Translations under genes and position numbers: made by a program
Shown here: in pieces, positions 8,784 to 17,368 of the stretch
Position numbering within the stretch: the stretch's first letter is position 1
Layout of the letters: each line of letters starts with the position of its first letter
From: a virus
DNA length: 64,000 nt
Strand: one strand, 5' to 3'
Virus record (IMG/VR): IMGVR_UViG_3300017987_000005
Span: 41,157-105,156 of that record
The notes under the pieces: model-generated
What the model saw: the letters and a program-made list of their open reading frames with translations, nothing else
Database searches by the model: none
Told to the model about the DNA's origin: nothing

Positions 8784-8863
8784 AACATCTCGTTCTTTCT
8801 CGAACTGAATATCACACGCTCACCCTACTTCATAGTTATCTCCTTTCATCAGGGCATAACCGG

Positions 8864-9100
8864 TTACTCGACATAAAAGATTGAATCCAGAAAATGCTCC
8901 GTCACGCTACCACTCTGTAGTTCCTCCACCGTGACGACTCCACGTACCTCATCATCCATCTCAACGATGTCAACCTCCACAACACGGGCTCTGAGATATT
9001 TCCATCCGGCCTCAGTCTCTCTGGTCAAGGTTCGTGATTTAATCACACTGCCGGGATAAACACTCTTCGCTTGTGCTGTGACCATGCTCTTAACTCCCAT
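8864..9100 (-). CDS. hypothetical protein
   Basis: 78-aa ORF in packed operon. Confidence 0.6.
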   Translation of the reverse strand: MGVKSMVTAQAKSVYPGSVIKSRTLTRETEAGWKYLRARVVEVDIVEMDDEVRGVVTVEELQSGSVTEHFLDSIFYVE

Positions 9101-9350
9101 GAAAGTTACGATACGCTAACCTGTCCTGAGTCCCCTTACCCAGTATATTATCCATCACTCTGCCCTCCCGGAACAGAGCATCATCCGTAGCTTCTCTCAC
9201 CAAGCTGGCTACGGCTTCAAATCCCGATGCATTCAGCTTCGACCGCTGATGCAGCAATGCTTGCGATGTCTGATGCAGCAGCCCCCACCGTATCAGCAGG
9301 CTGTGCTTGTTGCACGCCTTGTTCTCAACGCTGTACTTATCATCCATCAT
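9090..9350 (-). CDS. hypothetical protein
   Basis: 86-aa ORF with SD. Confidence 0.65.
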   Translation of the reverse strand: MMDDKYSVENKACNKHSLLIRWGLLHQTSQALLHQRSKLNASGFEAVASLVREATDDALFREGRVMDNILGKGTQDRLAYRNFHGS

Positions 9351-9354
9351 AGTT

Positions 9355-9549
9355 CTACCTCACTCTCTTCGCAAACTCCGGTGCGACATACGTCCCGCCA
9401 CCGATATATTCATTGTTCTCCCGTACATATCGTAACGTCTGCCGGCTGTAATGTCGGCGGACGTTAATGGGCGCTGTGCCCCGAGTGGAACATCCGGTTC
9501 CAATCAGGGCACCCGCTACCAACAGGAGAAGACATAATCTCTTCATCAC
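9355..9549 (-). CDS. small lipoprotein
   Basis: MMKRLCLLLLVAGALIGTG-C signal peptide II pattern. Confidence 0.65.
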   Translation of the reverse strand: MMKRLCLLLLVAGALIGTGCSTRGTAPINVRRHYSRQTLRYVRENNEYIGGGTYVAPEFAKRVR

Positions 9550-9788
9550 ATTACCTCTACACTTCCGCTGTACACCTTCACGTCTATCCCGTCCGACCTG
9601 AAGACATAGTATCCATCATCACCGAGCGGCTGGAGTGACCGGTCCTGGGTCAGTCCGCCAAGCGGGTCAACGTATATATCTTCACGGAAAAAGTGCATAT
9701 CCTGCTGAGCCCGCAGCATAATGAAATGGTCACTCTCGGACGACTTGACCTCGATGTCGGTCCCGACCTTTACTGTAAACATTCTCAT
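9546..9788 (-). CDS. hypothetical protein
   Basis: 80-aa ORF, overlapping stop/start. Confidence 0.65.
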   Translation of the reverse strand: MRMFTVKVGTDIEVKSSESDHFIMLRAQQDMHFFREDIYVDPLGGLTQDRSLQPLGDDGYYVFRSDGIDVKVYSGSVEVM

Positions 9789-9791
9789 CGC

Positions 9792-9974
9792 TTACCCTTT
9801 CACTGGCTGAACGTGTCCGAGCGGGACAGTCCTGACCTCTTCCTTGGCGACTTTGACGCGCGCCAAGCAGTCAGCGGTGACTTCCTGTAGAATCCCGAAC
9901 ACTGGGCGAGCCTTCCCGCTCACGATACGAACTGCCATCCCCTTGCGTGCTTTCCGGCTTTCCTTTTTTGTCAT
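9792..9974 (-). CDS. small basic hypothetical protein (KOW/SH3-like?)
   Basis: MTKKES start behind AGGAGACAGGACA leader; KGMAVRIVSGK motif. Confidence 0.65.
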   Translation of the reverse strand: MTKKESRKARKGMAVRIVSGKARPVFGILQEVTADCLARVKVAKEEVRTVPLGHVQPVKG

Positions 9975-10026
9975 TGTCCTGTCTCCTGTAAAAAAGTGTC
10001 TTGTCTTATCTTTCTTTTCTATAAGT

Positions 10027-10055
10027 ATTATAGCATATAAAAGTGATAATTGCAA
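10027..10055 (-). promoter_or_regulatory. sigma70-type promoter (duplicated ~60-bp module)
   Basis: TTGCAA-17-TG.TATAAT; near-identical to 11034-11062 and 16048-16076. Confidence 0.75.
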
Positions 10056-10391
10056 GTAAAAAAATAAAAAGATTCTACCTGACTTCGCACCATCACCCTC
10101 CCCTCCAAACCCAATGTTTCATTGGGTGCGCCGCCGCCAGCCGCGTACACGTCTACCGAGCATACACAAGGACCTCACGCGCCCGCTCATCGCCCCACGG
10201 CCCTACCACAGTCTCGCTCGCCATTCCCGACCACCACTCCAACTACCTTACCAGCAACCGCGACCGAGCTGTACCATATCTGTCGTCACCTCAGCGCCGC
10301 GCTGTGCCCACCGGCCCTGCAAGTGATTGCAATCGGCTATCGCCAAACATGTGATTGTACCACCAACCCGTGCCAACTTTGAAAAAAAAAT

Positions 10392-10425
10392 AAAAAAAAG
10401 AGGGGCCACCACTCGGTGACCCCTC
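10392..10425 (-). terminator. intrinsic terminator
   Basis: GAGGGG(C/T)CACC stem plus U8. Confidence 0.75.
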
Positions 10426-10448
10426 CACACAGGAGATACATTCAGCCG

Positions 10449-10937
10449 TTAGGCTTCGACCTTCGTCTCGGCTGAAGTGATTGCGAAATAATTGGTGGCC
10501 TCGCATTTCTGTCCGCTCACCGAGCTTTTCGCATTGCTGAAAAAATACTTTGCGCATTTATTGACGTTACCGCTCTTGGTATCGCCATTGCGTCCCGCCC
10601 ATGCAACAACGTCGCCCTTCTTCAGTTTCCCGAGCTGACCGGCGATATAGGCGACAACCTCCTGCCGGCGCTTCTTGTTGACGTCATACTGGGAAATCCC
10701 GAGCGCCTGCACCGCGTCGTTGATGTCCAGCACCTTGGCGTCAGGATGTTCGTCAAGACGCAGCCCGTGATTGGTCTGGCCCCGCTTGTAAGAGTCACCC
10801 TGGTCGAGCCCGTCGTGGTTCACGATTTCACGATGCAGCCCCGCCTTTGTCGTGGCGGCCTCGCGTGTGCGAGTAGCAAGCGAAATGCGCTTGCCCTTGG
10901 TTTCTGATTTCTTCTTGGCTTTTTTTGTCTTTGCCAT
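10449..10937 (-). CDS. Lys-rich early protein, paralogue of 6844..7449
   Basis: MAKTKK start with GGAGACAAGAC leader; shared CAKYFFSN motif. Confidence 0.8.
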   Translation of the reverse strand: MAKTKKAKKKSETKGKRISLATRTREAATTKAGLHREIVNHDGLDQGDSYKRGQTNHGLRLDEHPDAKVLDINDAVQALGISQYDVNKKRRQEVVAYIAGQLGKLKKGDVVAWAGRNGDTKSGNVNKCAKYFFSNAKSSVSGQKCEATNYFAITSAETKVEA

Positions 10938-11033
10938 GTCTTGTCTCCAAAAATAAAAGTAAAAAACAAACAACCCGAACTTTGTCTTTGCTCCTAACTA
11001 AAGTGATAAAGAACATCTTTCTTTTCTATAAGT

Positions 11034-11062
11034 ATTATAGCATATAAAAGTGATAATTGCAA
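11034..11062 (-). promoter_or_regulatory. sigma70-type promoter
   Basis: TTGCAA-17-TATAAT. Confidence 0.75.
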
Positions 11063-11256
11063 ATAAAAAATAAAAAAACTTTCAGCCAAAGCCAAGTATA
11101 TCAACGAGTTACGACGAGCACCGCGCCACCCATCCCGACGAACCACCGCGATGTCTTCTTGAGGTCTACCGCCGCCTACGCCTATCGCGCACGTAAATAC
11201 ACATGACCACCAAGTATACCACACGCGTGCGTAAATACACAAGAAAAACTGCTGCC

Positions 11257-11484
11257 TTACGCAGGCTCGATGTTGTAGACTTTGACTGCGATGATTCCCA
11301 CCCCGAGCTGGCACTCGGAGATGTGTTCCCGTATCGCACGAGCCAACTCATACTCAGCACTCCTGCTGACTTTGATGTCGTACGTACCGTGACACTCCAT
11401 CCCATCTTCAAAGTGAACATCGTATTCACAGGTCACCCGGACTCTCTCAGGCTTCTGCTCTTTCTTCTTCAACCATCCGAACAT
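11257..11484 (-). CDS. hypothetical protein
   Basis: 75 aa, SD AAGGAGG. Confidence 0.7.
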   Translation of the reverse strand: MFGWLKKKEQKPERVRVTCEYDVHFEDGMECHGTYDIKVSRSAEYELARAIREHISECQLGVGIIAVKVYNIEPA

Positions 11485-11496
11485 AGTCTTGCCTCC

Positions 11497-11874
11497 TTAA
11501 ATAAAAACTGCATTGTCTTTGGCATTGAATCGGGCCGGCACCTTCCCGCGACAGGTCACGTTATGGCTCACAACTTTCCTGCCCGAGTGAAAGCTGATGT
11601 GGAATCGCTTTCCATCCGACCCCCGGAACATATCATCAATGTCCTCAACGTTGATTTCATACGCTACCCCGTCTATGATAGCGGTGTCACGACTCATTAA
11701 CGTATTCTCCCAGTGCCAGCACTCCAGACAGATAATTTTCTCATCCAGCTCAGCCTGCACTCCATCATCCCAATGAGAAGTCCTCTCAGCCCCGCACTTC
11801 ACGCAATGGTCTGTTCCGTCAAATGTCAGGACCGACTCCTTCTCCTCATCGAGATTCCAATAATTCTTAAACAT
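11497..11874 (-). CDS. Zn-finger hypothetical protein
   Basis: CVKC...CLEC, SD GAGGAGG. Confidence 0.7.
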   Translation of the reverse strand: MFKNYWNLDEEKESVLTFDGTDHCVKCGAERTSHWDDGVQAELDEKIICLECWHWENTLMSRDTAIIDGVAYEINVEDIDDMFRGSDGKRFHISFHSGRKVVSHNVTCRGKVPARFNAKDNAVFI

Positions 11875-11885
11875 TGTCCTGCCTC

Positions 11886-12539
11886 CTATATCAGTCTTTC
11901 CTCATCCGGAATGTCCCCACCCATGCGGCGAGTTTCCTCATCGGCTTCAGCATCAGTCCGACCATCCTCCTCATATCCCTCATCCGTGAGTGTCCGACCC
12001 TTGCATTCTCCGAGGCATTTGTTCCCCTTGCTGTAATCCCCACACCCTTCGCAGTAGTAGAAGTCGGGATGCAGATTGTCAAGAGTTTCCTCCTGCCCCT
12101 GGTAGATGCAGTCGTAACAGACTTCTTCACAGAGTTCCTGACCTTCCACATAAACTGGGTAGCGGTGATTCTTGCTCATAGGAACTGGCTCGCCACATAT
12201 CAGGCATTTGCTGTCGGGTTCTTTCGGCAGTTCAGCTTTTTCCCGCCGGCGCTCTTCGCGTCTCGCATCGAAGGCTTTCTTCCGGTCAGCACCGTGGATA
12301 GCAGCAAGCAAGCACTCTGCCGTGGTATCTGCATCATTGTGGAATTCTGTTGAGAAGCGTTCATCGCTCGGACCGCTAACATCGTAGGAGTTGATTGCGA
12401 AGCACAACCCCTCATGCAACGGTTCCATATAGTAATGGTATCCCATCACAACAATCAATCCTTCATCGGTGTGACCCGCCATTATCCCGCTGTTGTAGCT
12501 TTCTTCATCAACAACAAAAGTTACTGTGACCTCTTTCAT
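11886..12539 (-). CDS. Cys-rich Zn-binding hypothetical protein
   Basis: CLIC, C..C, CEGC motifs; conserved leader. Confidence 0.75.
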   Translation of the reverse strand: MKEVTVTFVVDEESYNSGIMAGHTDEGLIVVMGYHYYMEPLHEGLCFAINSYDVSGPSDERFSTEFHNDADTTAECLLAAIHGADRKKAFDARREERRREKAELPKEPDSKCLICGEPVPMSKNHRYPVYVEGQELCEEVCYDCIYQGQEETLDNLHPDFYYCEGCGDYSKGNKCLGECKGRTLTDEGYEEDGRTDAEADEETRRMGGDIPDEERLI

Positions 12540-12582
12540 GTCCTGTCTCCTGTAAAAAAGTTCTAATCAAACAACTATACAT

Positions 12583-12610
12583 ATTATAGCATATAAATAT
12601 AATAAGTCAA
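12583..12610 (-). promoter_or_regulatory. sigma70-type promoter
   Basis: TTGACT-16-TG.TATAAT. Confidence 0.75.
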
Positions 12611-12674
12611 GCGCTAAATAAAAGAACTTTCTACCGGGCGGCGCACAGCCGTGGAACCTTGCAATTGATTGCAA

Positions 12675-12705
12675 ATAAAAGAGCCGGCGGGGGTCACGCC
12701 GGCTC
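12675..12705 (-). terminator. intrinsic terminator
   Basis: GAGCCGGCG/CGCCGGCTC stem plus UUUUAUUU. Confidence 0.8.
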
Positions 12706-12743
12706 CAGGTGGTTGTTTGATTGTTTTAAGACAAGACTGACCC

Positions 12744-13157
12744 CTAATCTGTTTCGTCACATCCGCAGAATCCTTTCTTGCGCAACTCTTCGCGCCGCAC
12801 ATCGCGCTCCTTGATGTTATTGACTACCACTTCGACTGCTTTCTCAGTTGACTCTTTGAGTTCTTTGAGAATATCAATCTTCCTGCCACACTGCGGGCAG
12901 TATTTGTGGATACGGAGGCGGTCGCCATAACTGCTATTAAATCCGTCTGCTTTCTCAACAAGCGTCAGTACTCTGCTGTGGTTTGAACGCTGCACCACCA
13001 GCATTCTCAAACTTCCTCCGAACACTCCGAGCATGGGGTGGAAACCTCCACTGTGCTCCTCTTCGTACCACCCGAGTTCGCAATCACATTCAGGTTCTTT
13101 TTTCTGATTTCTTTTAGCAACCTTCTTTTTCTTAGCGCTACTCTTTTTCCTTACCAT
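12744..13157 (-). CDS. Zn-ribbon hypothetical protein
   Basis: CDC...YCPQCG; Lys-rich N-terminus; start MVRKK with SD GAGGAG. Confidence 0.7.
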   Translation of the reverse strand: MVRKKSSAKKKKVAKRNQKKEPECDCELGWYEEEHSGGFHPMLGVFGGSLRMLVVQRSNHSRVLTLVEKADGFNSSYGDRLRIHKYCPQCGRKIDILKELKESTEKAVEVVVNNIKERDVRREELRKKGFCGCDETD

Positions 13158-13413
13158 CACCACTCTCCTCAATCACAGTTCTTCGATTATCCCCGTGTTC
13201 GCCAACAATATCCCGCATCTCCTGCTCAATCTCCTTCACCTCGGTGAGCTTGACCTTCCTGAGCTGGCGCAACCCTTCGTACTTCTTGTTCACCCGCTTC
13301 TCAGGGTACTTGCAACGGTCGTACCGTTGGCAGGATGCGCAGTTATGGGCAAAGCGCTTCGGTGACCAACAATTAGTCCCGAGTTCACTTGACTTGATTA
13401 TCTGTGCCTTCAT
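13138..13413 (-). CDS. hypothetical protein
   Basis: CASCQRYDRCKY motif, SD AGGAGA. Confidence 0.7.
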   Translation of the reverse strand: MKAQIIKSSELGTNCWSPKRFAHNCASCQRYDRCKYPEKRVNKKYEGLRQLRKVKLTEVKEIEQEMRDIVGEHGDNRRTVIEESGDGKEKE

Positions 13414-13440
13414 AACTTTCTCCTAAAATATAGGGCGTTC

Positions 13441-13662
13441 TCACCCCTCCTGGAGCATTCCTTCCTGCATAATACGAGTCTCACCACGGGGAATAATTCC
13501 GTGGACTTCAACGCTCACCACGTCGAATCCCGCTTCCGACAGAGATTTCCTCACTGCCTCACGGAGTGCTTCAACGGCTTTAAGGTCAGAACGAACCATC
13601 CCGGTAATCTCCTCTCCGTTCTTCCCTTTAGCCGAGTACTCAATCTTCCGTGCTCGTTTCAT
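13441..13662 (-). CDS. hypothetical protein
   Basis: SD AAGGAGGGTG. Confidence 0.7.
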   Translation of the reverse strand: MKRARKIEYSAKGKNGEEITGMVRSDLKAVEALREAVRKSLSEAGFDVVSVEVHGIIPRGETRIMQEGMLQEG

Positions 13663-13686
13663 GACTCACCCTCCTTAAACGATTGG

Positions 13687-14067
13687 TTATTCTTTTCCGA
13701 ACGCGTCAGCCGCAGCAGATGCTCCCTTCGGAGGCTTATAATCACTGATGACCACGCTCACTACTTCACTCTCCGTAGTGTACGAACCCTCCTGAAGGTT
13801 CTCCACTTCCTCACGTTTCTTCACCGCGAGTCTTTTAAGCGCTTCCCCCGCCACGCCTTTCCACGCGACATTGGTTCGCTTCGTGGTCTTGATAGCGAGG
13901 ACCTTATCATCTACGATAACTTCCCCCGCTCCGACCACCAGGGTCTTCACATCGTCCTTGATTTTATCAAGGGCTTTTTTCGCGGCCTTCTCTGCTTCCT
14001 TGGCCTCGACATACTGCTTGACGAGTTCATATTCTTTCGACCCCGGCTCTACTCTCAATGACCCCAT
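13687..14067 (-). CDS. hypothetical coiled-coil phage protein
   Basis: start MGSLRV with SD GAAGGAG; YVEAKEAEKAAKK...VAWK. Confidence 0.7.
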   Translation of the reverse strand: MGSLRVEPGSKEYELVKQYVEAKEAEKAAKKALDKIKDDVKTLVVGAGEVIVDDKVLAIKTTKRTNVAWKGVAGEALKRLAVKKREEVENLQEGSYTTESEVVSVVISDYKPPKGASAAADAFGKE

Positions 14068-14113
14068 GTCCTTCTCCTTCAAAATACGGCAACTGTTGTT
14101 GAACCACGCAGGC

Positions 14114-14317
14114 TTATAACCCGAACTGTTTGAGGACTTCATCTTCCTTCGCCTCCTCTTCAAGCTCAACCTGCGACTTAGGGACATGCACCAACCCTTT
14201 GCGATGCATCTTCCATACAATATAAGCGAGTGCTTCGGCCTTGGTCAATACGGCATCTTTCGGCAAGTGATGTTCTTCCGCCTCGACCTCTGCTCTGATT
14301 TCTTCTTCAACTGTCAT
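14114..14317 (-). CDS. hypothetical protein
   Basis: start MTVEEE behind AGGAGACAAGGC leader. Confidence 0.7.
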   Translation of the reverse strand: MTVEEEIRAEVEAEEHHLPKDAVLTKAEALAYIVWKMHRKGLVHVPKSQVELEEEAKEDEVLKQFGL

Positions 14318-14358
14318 GCCTTGTCTCCTTGAAAACTGTCTAATCAAACAACACTATT

Positions 14359-14386
14359 ATTATATCATATAATAGGTATAAGTCAA
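14359..14386 (-). promoter_or_regulatory. sigma70-type promoter
   Basis: TTGACT-16-TG.TATAAT. Confidence 0.75.
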
Positions 14387-14389
14387 GAA

Positions 14390-14647
14390 CTATTTTGAAG
14401 AAACTTTGGGCCAATAATGTTTCACTTTCGAACCCTTCTTTGGTCTAACATATCCAACCACCTCACACTTGGGGCATCTCATTCGTCCGCTACCGCCGGT
14501 ACAGGATGTCATCTCATAATGATTATGTTGATGCTGGCACCGCTGGTACTGTAACAATTCGCAACTATCAGCCTTGGGGCAACGATATATCGGCTGCCCC
14601 GAGGCTATAGCTGATTCAAACCACGGCTTTTTCATTTCTTCGTCCAT
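14390..14647 (-). CDS. Cys/His-rich hypothetical protein
   Basis: CPKADSC...CQHQHNH...CPKC. Confidence 0.65.
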   Translation of the reverse strand: MDEEMKKPWFESAIASGQPIYRCPKADSCELLQYQRCQHQHNHYEMTSCTGGSGRMRCPKCEVVGYVRPKKGSKVKHYWPKVSSK

Positions 14648-14928
14648 CCGAACCGCCCCTCATTGCGGAGCATCTCGCACGCACCCCGGTAAGAAAGGAG
14701 GTCTGTGTTCTGAAACATATGTGTCACGCACCCTGGAGACAGGTACTCGTGTCCCTCATTCCCATACCGGAGGCATCCGTGAGCATTCCCGCTCACCTTG
14801 TCAGTATAAACATAGAGGTCATACTTCTCCTCATCGCCGGGACTCCTCACAACAACGAATGACCCAACATATTCCTCCGCCGCATGGTCACACTTGTTAT
14901 CCCACACAGGACCATTTATCTTTATCAT
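14632..14928 (-). CDS. hypothetical protein
   Basis: 98-aa ORF in operon. Confidence 0.65.
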   Translation of the reverse strand: MIKINGPVWDNKCDHAAEEYVGSFVVVRSPGDEEKYDLYVYTDKVSGNAHGCLRYGNEGHEYLSPGCVTHMFQNTDLLSYRGACEMLRNEGRFGWTKK

Positions 14929-15245
14929 GCCCGGCTCCTCTCCATTACTTCAGCAAGAGTATGGTCATAACCATAGTGTCTGTCACGTTCCATCGGCAGA
15001 CCCATGATATTGATGCTCTCCAGTTCACGAAGGCTGAAGTACCCCAGCTCGGGGAAATCTCCCTCAACCCATCCGAAGAACAGCCAATCCCCGTCCTCCT
15101 GCTTGCTTCCCTCAGTGGCAAACCACGTCCAATGACTGAACGGATGAAAGAACTTCACCACCACGTTAATGTCTTCCGGTTCTTTGTCCTCATTCGCATA
15201 CAGCGCCGGCAGCTTCGATTCGATTTCTTTTGTCATAAGCTTCAT
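14925..15245 (-). CDS. DUF2958 family protein
   Basis: MKLMTKEI..KLPALY...VVKFFHPFSHWTWFATE...FFGWV....ELGYFSLRELE...MERD. Confidence 0.85.
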   Translation of the reverse strand: MKLMTKEIESKLPALYANEDKEPEDINVVVKFFHPFSHWTWFATEGSKQEDGDWLFFGWVEGDFPELGYFSLRELESINIMGLPMERDRHYGYDHTLAEVMERSRA

Positions 15246-15520
15246 GCCTCGTCTCCTTCTTCCATACCAGTAACGATAAATGTTTCCCGACTCGGCGCCT
15301 CGCATACGGCATGGTACAAGTCTGCCGCGTGCTTCAGCCCTTCGGCTTCTTCAGCAATCTGTTTTGCTTCGAAGGCGACCGTGTGGGTATCCTGACTGTG
15401 CATCTTGTTGAGCCGCTTATTTATAGACGACATCTTTGATGCAACAGCTCCGCCGAGGACAGTCCTCAACGTTTTGTAATCGACCTCAATCTTTTCCGCA
15501 TCGAAATGTGATAACTTCAT
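15242..15520 (-). CDS. hypothetical protein
   Basis: start MKLSHF with SD GAGGAG. Confidence 0.65.
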   Translation of the reverse strand: MKLSHFDAEKIEVDYKTLRTVLGGAVASKMSSINKRLNKMHSQDTHTVAFEAKQIAEEAEGLKHAADLYHAVCEAPSRETFIVTGMEEGDEA

Positions 15521-15521
15521 C

Positions 15522-15761
15522 CTACCACTCCTCTCCGAACTTGAAGGCAGGACAGGCGTCATCACCCATCCCAACATTCTCACAGTCCTCAGCCCGACAT
15601 GCTGAACAATGTGGGTCACACCCGCGTTTCAGCAGGAACTCCACATAACCGGGGCTCAGATATCCCAGCCAACGCTCGATGTCCTTCTTTTTCGGATGGT
15701 CCGCCGGATAGCTGACTCTCTGATGTTCCGCATCAACCCGCTCAACTTTCAGTATCGTCAT
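15522..15761 (-). CDS. Cys-containing hypothetical protein
   Basis: CDPHCSAC...C...CP. Confidence 0.6.
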   Translation of the reverse strand: MTILKVERVDAEHQRVSYPADHPKKKDIERWLGYLSPGYVEFLLKRGCDPHCSACRAEDCENVGMGDDACPAFKFGEEW

Positions 15762-15762
15762 A

Positions 15763-16002
15763 TCATCCCCTTTGACCATAAAGGCTCATAACGAACTCGT
15801 GCACCTCGCGATGCAATCTCTGTCCCACCGTCAGACTTTCATCAGACGTCATTGCGCGCCGCAACTTCTCCGTGATTTCGGGATAGTTTATGACGCGACC
15901 TCCGGGATAGCAGTCCATGCGGACACACTTAATCTCGACCGCTACGTCCTCCCCGTCAACATTGAACGTATGCGAAAACTTGAACTCTGCCTTGTCTGTC
16001 AT
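15763..16002 (-). CDS. hypothetical protein
   Basis: AGGAGACAGGAC leader. Confidence 0.7.
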   Translation of the reverse strand: MTDKAEFKFSHTFNVDGEDVAVEIKCVRMDCYPGGRVINYPEITEKLRRAMTSDESLTVGQRLHREVHEFVMSLYGQRG

Positions 16003-16047
16003 GTCCTGTCTCCTTGTCAAAAGTAAATAACTTTCTTTTCTATAAGT

Positions 16048-16076
16048 ATTATATCATATAAATATAATAATTGCAA
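16048..16076 (-). promoter_or_regulatory. sigma70-type promoter
   Basis: TTGCAA-17-TG.TATAAT. Confidence 0.75.
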
Positions 16077-16234
16077 GCAAAAAATAAAAATTTCGTGCCC
16101 GACTTTCGACCGCAGCATTAGAGCAAAATCCCTACCTACCTCATTGGCTCAACTCACCACCACCGACACCTAACGCGTACGTAAATACACAACGCCGCCG
16201 CCTACACCTAACGTACGCGCAAATACACAAGACC

Positions 16235-16273
16235 AAAAAAAGGGCGGAATTGCAATCACGTGCAACTCCGCCC
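16235..16273 (-). terminator. intrinsic terminator whose upper stem/loop is a TTGCAA-N4-GTGCAA palindrome
   Basis: GGGCGGA..TTGCA/TGCAA..TCCGCCC plus U7. Confidence 0.75.
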
Positions 16274-16293
16274 GAAGCAGGAGACAAAACTGC

Positions 16294-16953
16294 TTATTCT
16301 TCGACGAGTTCTTTCACCTCGATAGGTATATAAACTATCTTCACTGCGATGACTTCGCCCGCAGCATTTCTTGACACAAAGGCATCGTAACTTCCATCCC
16401 CGACACCTGAGCTGCTCACGACTCCATACGGGATAAGACCCCAACTGTAGAACGACAGGGTGCGGTCACAACACAGGTTGTACCACTCCCCTCCTTCCTC
16501 CCCGTCACCCCTTCCGATATCAGTCTTGGTCAGACGAGGCGCTTCTTCCGCTACCTTATCGTCACGGAAGTGTTTCATGTCGAATATCCCGCACTGACCG
16601 CTATCCACTCCGATGTCAGCAGGTAAACGTTCCCACTCGGCCTGGGGCAACTCGCCCATATCGCGTTCGAAACTGTCCCGACAGAAATCTTCGTGGTGAG
16701 CATGAAGCTCAACGACACGATGGCCCCATCCATCAATGTTCACAACTTGTGCTCCAGGGAACCACTGTCCGTTCTTGGCTTCGACACTCCCTTGGCACCA
16801 CGTCCCTTTCGTGTAGCAGGGGTCTGAAATCATCAGTTCCCCCGACACCACTTCGAACTGGCATTTGTCATACGAAAAATCCATCCCGACCACTCCTTCA
16901 CAAAAGATAAAAAACGAAAACAGTACAACCATCATAATAACAATCTTCTTCAC
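16294..16953 (-). CDS. DUF4241-like protein, possibly with optional signal peptide (second start 16884)
   Basis: SGELMISDPCY, VDSGQCGIFD, SSSGVGDGSY...GEVIAVKI motifs; two in-frame starts each with GAAGGAG. Confidence 0.7.
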   Translation of the reverse strand: MKKIVIMMVVLFSFFIFCEGVVGMDFSYDKCQFEVVSGELMISDPCYTKGTWCQGSVEAKNGQWFPGAQVVNIDGWGHRVVELHAHHEDFCRDSFERDMGELPQAEWERLPADIGVDSGQCGIFDMKHFRDDKVAEEAPRLTKTDIGRGDGEEGGEWYNLCCDRTLSFYSWGLIPYGVVSSSGVGDGSYDAFVSRNAAGEVIAVKIVYIPIEVKELVEE

Positions 16954-16987
16954 GGCCCACTCTCCTTCACAAAAGAATAAAAAAACA

Positions 16988-17368
16988 TTACCGTTCCTCG
17001 CTCGGTATTGACTCTGTAATAACAGCCCGCATGGTCCAATCAAGTTCCACGCCATTGTGGATAAGTTTGAGGTCATAGTAATCCTCACGCATATCCGCCA
17101 TACACATTTCTGAAGCATAGTCAGTGAGTTCTGAAAGTGCTTGTTCTTTTGAATCGCACTCCACCACGCTCAGCTCCCCGTCTACATAACTGTGGACTTG
17201 CCACTCCGCGTCATGCGACTCCTTCTCCAGCTCGGCCTTGAGGTCGTTGTACTCCCCTGACAACTTGCTGGCCTCACGGGACAGTTCGTCCACTTCCCGT
17301 GCAATCTGTTCGCGCCGACGCTTATTAGCGTCCATGCACCCTTCAATTCTTTCTGATTTATCACTCAT
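16988..17368 (-). CDS. hypothetical coiled-coil protein
   Basis: 127-codon ORF in operon. Confidence 0.65.
   Translation of the reverse strand: MSDKSERIEGCMDANKRRREQIAREVDELSREASKLSGEYNDLKAELEKESHDAEWQVHSYVDGELSVVECDSKEQALSELTDYASEMCMADMREDYYDLKLIHNGVELDWTMRAVITESIPSEER

Noticed and set aside
13687-14220. Long form of ORF starting at 14220
   Set aside because: It overlaps 14114..14317, and a good SD supports ATG 14067. The WFNN segment in the extension is kept as a separate finding.
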